From a virus (Duplodnaviria > Caudoviricetes), in IMG/VR virus record IMGVR_UViG_3300032218_000496, positions 1-60,346 of that record: a DNA stretch of 60,346 nucleotides; one strand, written 5' to 3'. Within the stretch, counting starts at the first letter, position 1. Each line of letters begins with the position of its first letter. A program made the translations under genes and the position numbers. Below the pieces are notes generated by a model. The model searched no databases and was not told where the DNA came from. It saw only the letters and a program-made list of their open reading frames with translations. Below are positions 54,365-60,346 of the stretch, piece after piece.

Positions 54365-55862
54365 ACTAAGTTATCTATATAACAATATAGATAAACTGTC
54401 GTCTGCACAGCTTAGAAAGCTGTATGAGGACCTAGATACCACTATAGAAGCGGTACAAAAAGAGAATTGTCAGGATAAATTTATGGATTTTGTCCATAAA
54501 GTCTGGCCCAACTTCATTGACGGAGCGCATCATGCGAAAATGGCCGCAGCTTTTGAGAAAGTTGCTAGAGGGGATTGTAAAAGGCTTATTATCAATATGC
54601 CTCCAAGGCATACTAAAAGCGAATTTGCTAGTTACCTACTACCTGCTTGGTTTTTGGGTAAATTTCCGCAGAAAAAAGTCATCCAAACCTCGCACACTGC
54701 TGAATTATCCGTGGGATTTGGCCGGAAAGTCAGGAACTTGGTGGACTCAGATGTCTATAAATCAATATTCCCAGGAGTTGGGCTCCAGTCTGATAGTAAG
54801 GCTGCGGGAAGATGGGCAACTAGCGCCGGTGGAGATTATTTTGCGATCGGTATTGGGGGTGCTGTTACGGGTAAAGGAGCTGACATCCTCATTATTGACG
54901 ACCCTCACTCAGAACAAGAAGCAGCTTTAGCTGAAAATAACCCAGAAGTGTACGACAAGACGTATGAGTGGTATACGTCGGGTCCGAGACAGCGACTCCA
55001 GCCGGGCGGCTCTATTATTATGGTTATGACAAGGTGGTCAAAGAAAGATTTGACGGGCCAAGTTATTAAGTCAGCTATGCAAAGAAGTGGGGAAGAGTGG
55101 GAAGTTATTGAGTTTCCTGCAATCATGCCTAGTGGTAAACCCTTATGGCCCGAGTTCTGGTCATTAAAAGAATTAGAGGCACTACGTCAAGAATTACCTA
55201 ACGGTAAGTGGATGGCGCAGTACATGCAGAACCCCACCTCGGATGTGTCCGCTATTATTAAGCGTGAATGGTGGATGTTGTGGGAAGAAGACGAGCCGCC
55301 ATACTGTGATTTTGTTATTCAGTCATGGGATACGGCGTTTCTTAAGACTCAGCGGAGTGACTACAGTGCCTGTACTACATGGGGGGTGTTTTATAAACCA
55401 GATGATACGGGGCTAAGTCAGGCAAATATTATCTTATTGAATGCCTTTAAGCGTAGAATGGAGTTTCCGGAACTTAAGCAAAAAGCGTTTGAGGAGTGGA
55501 AAGAATGGGATCCAGACTCTATAATAATAGAGGCAAAAGCATCAGGTGCACCATTAGTAGCAGAAATGCGGGCTATGGGTATACCAGTACAGGAGTTTAC
55601 ACCGTCCAAAGGTAATGATAAAGTTGCTAGATTGAACGCAGTTGCAGATATATTTGCAAGCGGGAGAGTATGGGTACCTAATACTAATTGGGCAGAAGAA
55701 GTGGTTGAGGAAGTAGCGAGCTTCCCATCAGGCGAACACGATGACTTGGTGGACTCAACAAGTCAGGCAATAATGCGGTTTAGAAAAGGCGGATTTATAA
55801 GACTTCCCTCAGATGAAGAGGACGAAGTAAGATCCTTTAGACGTAAAGTAGCATATTACTAG
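54324..55862 (+). CDS. terL: terminase large subunit (start 54324 or 54333)
   Basis: PPRHTKS Walker A, IIDDPH Walker B, MTRW coupling motif; SWDTA and HDDLVD nuclease motifs. Confidence 0.95.
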   Translation: MTIMTTTEKLSTSELSYLYNNIDKLSSAQLRKLYEDLDTTIEAVQKENCQDKFMDFVHKVWPNFIDGAHHAKMAAAFEKVARGDCKRLIINMPPRHTKSEFASYLLPAWFLGKFPQKKVIQTSHTAELSVGFGRKVRNLVDSDVYKSIFPGVGLQSDSKAAGRWATSAGGDYFAIGIGGAVTGKGADILIIDDPHSEQEAALAENNPEVYDKTYEWYTSGPRQRLQPGGSIIMVMTRWSKKDLTGQVIKSAMQRSGEEWEVIEFPAIMPSGKPLWPEFWSLKELEALRQELPNGKWMAQYMQNPTSDVSAIIKREWWMLWEEDEPPYCDFVIQSWDTAFLKTQRSDYSACTTWGVFYKPDDTGLSQANIILLNAFKRRMEFPELKQKAFEEWKEWDPDSIIIEAKASGAPLVAEMRAMGIPVQEFTPSKGNDKVARLNAVADIFASGRVWVPNTNWAEEVVEEVASFPSGEHDDLVDSTSQAIMRFRKGGFIRLPSDEEDEVRSFRRKVAYY

Positions 55863-55870
55863 GACATATT

Positions 55871-58348
55871 ATGGCAATGGAAAAAAGTTTGTACGCAGCT
55901 CCCGTAGGGATGGAAGAAGAAATTGACATCGAGGAGCCGGATATTGAGGTGGAGATTGAAGAACCTGCGGGTTTAGAGGCCTTAGAGATTGAAGTCGAGG
56001 TTGAAATAGATGATGGCTTTGATGATAACTTAGCCGAACAGCTAGATGAGAAGCTATTAGTAGAGATAGCTGGCGAACTTCTTTCAGATTTTGAGGACGA
56101 CGTTTCTGCTAGAAAGGACTGGATCCAGACATATGTTGACGGGTTGGAGCTGTTAGGTATGCGGATCGAGGAAAGAACTGAACCTTGGGAAGGAGCCTGC
56201 GGTGTATATCATCCCCTTTTATCTGAAGCTCTTGTTAAGTTCCAGGCTGAAACCATCATGGAAACTTTCCCAGCTGCGGGTCCCGTTAAAACGCAGATTG
56301 TTGGTAAAGAGACTCCCGAAAAGAAAGACGCTGCGCTAAGAGTTCAGGATGACATGAACTATCAGTTGACAGATGTGATGACTGAGTACCGCCCAGAACA
56401 CGAGCGGATGATCTGGGGGCTAGGGCTTTCAGGTAATGCGTTTAAGAAAGTGTACTTTGACCCATCTTTAAATCGACAAGTGTCGATGTTTATCCCAGCA
56501 GAGGATATAGTAGTGCCGTATGGCGCTTCTAGCCTCGAACAGTCCCCACGAGTAACCCATGTAATGCGCAAAACTGAGAATGAAGTTAAGCGTTTACAGT
56601 ATGCAGGGTTCTATAGAGACGTGGATTTGGGGGAAGCAAGCTCTTCTTTGGATGAAGTAGAGAAGAAAATTGCAGAAAAGATGGGGTTCCGGGCCACTAC
56701 AGATGACCGCTACAAGCTCCTTGAAATGCATGTTGACCTCGATTTAGAGGGTTTTGAAGATAAAGAAGATGGCAAAGCTACAGGAATTGCACTGCCATAT
56801 GTAGTAACTATAGATAAGGATTCCGAAATTATCCTATCTATTAGGCGTAACTGGAGGCCAGAAGATGACACACATCAAAAAAGACAGCATTTTGTCCATT
56901 ACGGGTATGTTCCGGGCTTTGGTTTCTACTGTTTTGGTCTTATCCATCTTGTTGGTGCTTTTGCCAAGTCTGGTACTTCCCTTATACGTCAATTGGTGGA
57001 CGCAGGCACATTATCCAACTTGCCGGGTGGCTTTAAAACCCGTGGATTGCGAATCAAAGGTGACGACACCCCGATAGCTCCGGGCGAGTGGCGGGATGCA
57101 GACGTTCCAAGTGGGGCACTAAAAGACAACTTAATGAGCCTCCCCTATAAGGAACCAAGTCAGGTTCTATATAGTCTATTAGGAACAATCGTTGAAGAAG
57201 GGCGTAGATTTGCTTCGGCAGCAGATATGAAAATATCTGATATGTCAGCTAATTCACCTGTAGGCACAACTCTAGCTATCTTAGAGCGGACCCTTAAAGT
57301 GATGAGTGCGGTTCAGTCTCGTATCCACTACTCAATGAAACAGGAATTAAAGTTACTCAAAGAGATTATTCGTGACTACACTCCTGAAGACTACGATTAT
57401 GAGCCTGAAGAGGGAAGCCCAAAGGCTAAGCAATCTGATTATGACTTAGTAACAGTTATTCCGGTCAGTGATCCTAATGCGGCAACAATGGCGCAGAAGA
57501 TTGTTCAGTATCAGGCAGTTCTTCAGTTAGCTCAAGGGGCCCCACAGATATACAACATGCCACAGCTACATAGGCAGATGTTGGAAGTCTTAGGTATTAG
57601 GAACCCGCAGAAGCTAATTCCGCTACCGGAAGACAAAAAGCCAAAAGATCCGATTACTGAGAATATGGATGTTATTAATGGTAAGCCGCTTAAGGCATTT
57701 ATCTATCAGGATCAAGAAGCGCACATTACTGCACATACTAACTTCTTAAAGGACCCACTAACAGCCAAAGTTATTGGCCAGAACCCACAAGCTCAGGTAA
57801 TGATGGCTGCTATGCAGGCACATATAGCAGAACACTTCGGGTTCAAGTATCGTCAGCTAATAGAACAGCAACTAGGCGCTCCATTGCCGTACCTCAAAGA
57901 CGACGAAGACACAATGCCAGAGGAGTACGAAGTTCAGATGTCAAGGCTTATTGCCCAAGCATCCTCGCAATTACTCCAGCAGAATATGGCACAAGCATCT
58001 CAAGAGCAGGCTCAACAGCAGCAGCAAGATCCGATTATTCAGATGCAGCAGCAAGAACTTCAGATCAAGATGCAGGATGTACAGCGCAAAGCTCAGAAAG
58101 ATCAAGTGGATGCACAGCTTAAAGGCGAGCAACTCCAGATTGAGAGAGAACGCATACAGGCTCAAGTAGAGATAGAAGGGCAAAAAGCGGGTATTAAGAT
58201 GTCTTACGACAAAGACAAATTAGACCGTGACAATGAGTTAGAAGCTACTCGCATGGGTATTGACATTGCCGCAGCAAGAGAACGAAACGCTGTAGCTATG
58301 GCGGCAGCAGCAAGGAATCAAAATACCAAAACAGGGAATAAAAAATGA
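55871..58348 (+). CDS. portal protein (P22-like, long Gln-rich helical barrel)
   Basis: 825 aa directly after terL; FKKVY, G.GL motifs; Q-rich coiled-coil C-terminus. Confidence 0.85.
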   Translation: MAMEKSLYAAPVGMEEEIDIEEPDIEVEIEEPAGLEALEIEVEVEIDDGFDDNLAEQLDEKLLVEIAGELLSDFEDDVSARKDWIQTYVDGLELLGMRIEERTEPWEGACGVYHPLLSEALVKFQAETIMETFPAAGPVKTQIVGKETPEKKDAALRVQDDMNYQLTDVMTEYRPEHERMIWGLGLSGNAFKKVYFDPSLNRQVSMFIPAEDIVVPYGASSLEQSPRVTHVMRKTENEVKRLQYAGFYRDVDLGEASSSLDEVEKKIAEKMGFRATTDDRYKLLEMHVDLDLEGFEDKEDGKATGIALPYVVTIDKDSEIILSIRRNWRPEDDTHQKRQHFVHYGYVPGFGFYCFGLIHLVGAFAKSGTSLIRQLVDAGTLSNLPGGFKTRGLRIKGDDTPIAPGEWRDADVPSGALKDNLMSLPYKEPSQVLYSLLGTIVEEGRRFASAADMKISDMSANSPVGTTLAILERTLKVMSAVQSRIHYSMKQELKLLKEIIRDYTPEDYDYEPEEGSPKAKQSDYDLVTVIPVSDPNAATMAQKIVQYQAVLQLAQGAPQIYNMPQLHRQMLEVLGIRNPQKLIPLPEDKKPKDPITENMDVINGKPLKAFIYQDQEAHITAHTNFLKDPLTAKVIGQNPQAQVMMAAMQAHIAEHFGFKYRQLIEQQLGAPLPYLKDDEDTMPEEYEVQMSRLIAQASSQLLQQNMAQASQEQAQQQQQDPIIQMQQQELQIKMQDVQRKAQKDQVDAQLKGEQLQIERERIQAQVEIEGQKAGIKMSYDKDKLDRDNELEATRMGIDIAAARERNAVAMAAAARNQNTKTGNKK

Positions 58349-58536
58349 CAGCACTAGAGATTTTAGTTCAACAGCTAGACGAAAAAATTGGACAACTAAA
58401 AGATGCAGTAACAACAGGTAATTTTGAAATATTCGAAGAGTACAAAAGAACGTGTGGCGAGATTCGAGGTCTGCTAGTCGCACGGGGTTACGTATTAGAC
58501 CTCAAAGATAGATTGGAGAAGGCAGACGATGAATGA
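58345..58536 (+). CDS. small conserved head-module protein
   Basis: ATGA overlap; EEYKR.CG.IRGL. Confidence 0.65.
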   Translation: MTALEILVQQLDEKIGQLKDAVTTGNFEIFEEYKRTCGEIRGLLVARGYVLDLKDRLEKADDE

Positions 58537-58924
58537 CTTAGCGCAAGCAGTAGATTTGTCTCTAGTTCTTAATAAAAAGAACGAAGAGAAAGCAACACAG
58601 CTCCCTAAACCCTCTGGATATCGCATACTTTGTGCAATTCCGGAAGCAGAAAAGGAGTTTGATAGTGGTTTGGCCAAAGCAGACGAAACAATGCGGTACG
58701 AAGAATTATTAACTACTGTGTTATTTGTAATTGATTTAGGGCCCGACTGTTATGTGGACAAAGCTAGGTTCCCGACTGGACCGTGGTGTAAAAAGGGCGA
58801 CTTTATATTAGTAAGACCAAATGCTGGTACTAGATTGGTTATACATGGTAAAGAGTTCCGGATTATTAACGACGACTCAGTAGAAGGTGTAGTATCCGAT
58901 CCCCGTGGCATTAGACGAAAATAA
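58529..58924 (+). CDS. GroES/Cpn10-like co-chaperonin
   Basis: P.GYRIL, SGL mobile loop, V..LGPD, W.K.GD.I, RIINDD.V.GVV. Confidence 0.8.
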   Translation: MNDLAQAVDLSLVLNKKNEEKATQLPKPSGYRILCAIPEAEKEFDSGLAKADETMRYEELLTTVLFVIDLGPDCYVDKARFPTGPWCKKGDFILVRPNAGTRLVIHGKEFRIINDDSVEGVVSDPRGIRRK

Positions 58925-58934
58925 GGAGTTTACG

Positions 58935-59864
58935 ATGGCAGAAGCGAATTTTGAAAAGGAAGAATTTAAATTCCCGGATGAAGTAGAAGATAAATTAGAA
59001 ATTGAGGTTGAAAGTGATGTACCACCAGAAGATCGTGGTAAAACCCCATCACAACCTGAGTTTGTTGAGCGCATGGAGAAAGACGAGCTTGATGAATATT
59101 CTGAGGCCGCTAAACAGAAAATAGCTGGATTTAGGAAGATTTATCACGATGAACGTCGTAAAGCAGAGGAAGCAGATCGTGAACGGCAAGAAGCTATAGC
59201 TGTTGCTAAACAACTACTTGAAGAGAATAAAGCTCTAAAAGGCAGAGTTAGTAATAGTGAAAAGTATGCTGTAGACTCCTATAAAACCACCGCAGAGCGA
59301 GAAATGGAGATGGCAAAGCGGGAATATAAGGAGGCTTATGACTCTGGAGATGGTGATAGATTAGTCGAAGCGCAGGAAAAAATGACTACCGCCCGTATCA
59401 AATTAGATAGGGCAGAAAACGCTGCGCAGAACATGCAGCAAAAAAATGCTTTACAAGAAGAGAAAAATGAGGTAAAAACACAACAACAGACGGAAAAACC
59501 CGCCCGTGACCAAAAAGCTGCTTCATGGCAAGATCGAAACTCTTGGTTTGGACAGGATGATGAGATGACTAGTTTAGCTTTAGGGCTACACGAAAAACTT
59601 GTCAAAGAGAACGGGATGGCGTATGCTACGACTGACGAGTATTACAAACGTATAGACGAAACTATGCGTAAGAGATTCCCTGAGAACTTTGAAGAAGCTG
59701 AAGACGAGAAGCCTCGACAAAAACTTAGTAACGTAGTTGCCCCAGCGAACCGCAGCACATCTTCGAAAAAGATAAAGCTAAATACATCGCAGCTTAATAT
59801 AGCTAAGAAGTTAGGTCTTACGCCAGAGCAGTACGCCCGTGAACTAGTAAAAATGGAGTCTTAA
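58935..59864 (+). CDS. capsid scaffolding protein (putative)
   Basis: AAGGAG RBS before ATG 58935; acidic coiled coil; C-terminal IAKKLGLTPEQYA helix. Confidence 0.7.
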   Translation: MAEANFEKEEFKFPDEVEDKLEIEVESDVPPEDRGKTPSQPEFVERMEKDELDEYSEAAKQKIAGFRKIYHDERRKAEEADRERQEAIAVAKQLLEENKALKGRVSNSEKYAVDSYKTTAEREMEMAKREYKEAYDSGDGDRLVEAQEKMTTARIKLDRAENAAQNMQQKNALQEEKNEVKTQQQTEKPARDQKAASWQDRNSWFGQDDEMTSLALGLHEKLVKENGMAYATTDEYYKRIDETMRKRFPENFEEAEDEKPRQKLSNVVAPANRSTSSKKIKLNTSQLNIAKKLGLTPEQYARELVKMES

Positions 59865-59866
59865 AA

Positions 59867-60322
59867 ATGACAACGAAACCACATGCATTAACTAGAGAGT
59901 TAGAAACCCGTGCCGTGCAGGAACGTCCCCAGCAGTGGGCGCCACCTGAGCTTCTCCCTGAACCGGATAAGCAACCCGGATACGCTTATAGATGGATTCG
60001 TGTTTCAACGCTTAATACAGCAGATCCAAGAAATATCTCAGCGAAACTGAGAGAAGGTTGGGAACCTGTAAGCCTTGAAGAACAGCCTAAGTACCGACTG
60101 TTAGCCAGTGGCGATGGAAAGTTTAAAGACAACATCGAAATTGGTGGGTTATTGCTTTGCAAGACTCCGAGTGAATTTGTGACTCAGCGTAGTGAATACT
60201 ATGACAAGCAGACACGAGCTCAAACGGAAGCTGTAGACAATAATTTAATGCGCCAAAGTGACCCGAGGATGCCGCTCTTTAAAGAGAACAAGTCTTCAAG
60301 TAGCTTTGGTAAAGGAACTTAA
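59867..60322 (+). CDS. conserved head-module protein
   Basis: YRWIR, REGWEPV and GGLLLCK motifs; GGAG RBS. Confidence 0.65.
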   Translation: MTTKPHALTRELETRAVQERPQQWAPPELLPEPDKQPGYAYRWIRVSTLNTADPRNISAKLREGWEPVSLEEQPKYRLLASGDGKFKDNIEIGGLLLCKTPSEFVTQRSEYYDKQTRAQTEAVDNNLMRQSDPRMPLFKENKSSSSFGKGT

Positions 60323-60340
60323 CTTTTAATGGAGATTTAA

Positions 60341-60346
60341 ATGGCA
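60341..60346 (+). CDS. start of next head gene, truncated by window end
   Basis: GGAG RBS then ATGGCA at the sequence end. Confidence 0.5.

Noticed and set aside
199-59605. Numerous antisense and alternate-frame ORFs in the track (e.g. 1846-2307, 24787-25230, 41173-41598, 54490-54930)
   Set aside because: Shadows of well-supported genes, without RBS or recognisable motifs
1-60346. tRNA/rRNA genes, introns, inteins or stop-codon recoding
   Set aside because: No cloverleaf or intron/intein signatures noticed by eye, and genes tile densely in the standard code; tRNAscan and Infernal were not run

Overview
This window is almost a complete genome of a tailed dsDNA phage with podovirus-like features: a P22-type portal, a tail-tubular/stabilisation protein and large ejection proteins, but no tape measure, sheath, integrase or RNA polymerase. 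It appears to be a circular map opened inside the head module. It ends at the ATG of the gene after the scaffold cluster and restarts in capsid-accessory genes, so no major capsid gene is present. + strand 1-31408: small basic proteins, adaptors, a GIY-YIG homing endonuclease, tail fibres, a lysis cassette, tail and ejection proteins, and a 2491-aa polyvalent protein. - strand 31488-43327: primase-helicase, SNF2 helicase, HNH nuclease, micro-gene cassettes, PD-(D/E)XK nuclease, PolA and VRR-NUC. - strand 43620-53108: an early/accessory arm with a MoxR-like AAA+ ATPase, a HExxH-vWA protein and a DUF3150-like gene. + strand 53774-end: terminases, portal, GroES-like protein and scaffold. Best unexplained signals: (1) nine copies of the 25-bp palindrome ACYTRGCGACA-N3-TGTCGCYAAGT, found only in the early arm, seven of them just upstream of a Shine-Dalgarno; (2) a bipartite TGTTC/GAACATT iteron array with an IHF consensus site; (3) a 20-nt stop/RBS/start boundary repeat linking micro-genes; (4) shared GG and ADG..GKT peptide tags across several putative virion proteins. 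All product calls rest on motifs recognised by eye and on gene order; no database searches were run.
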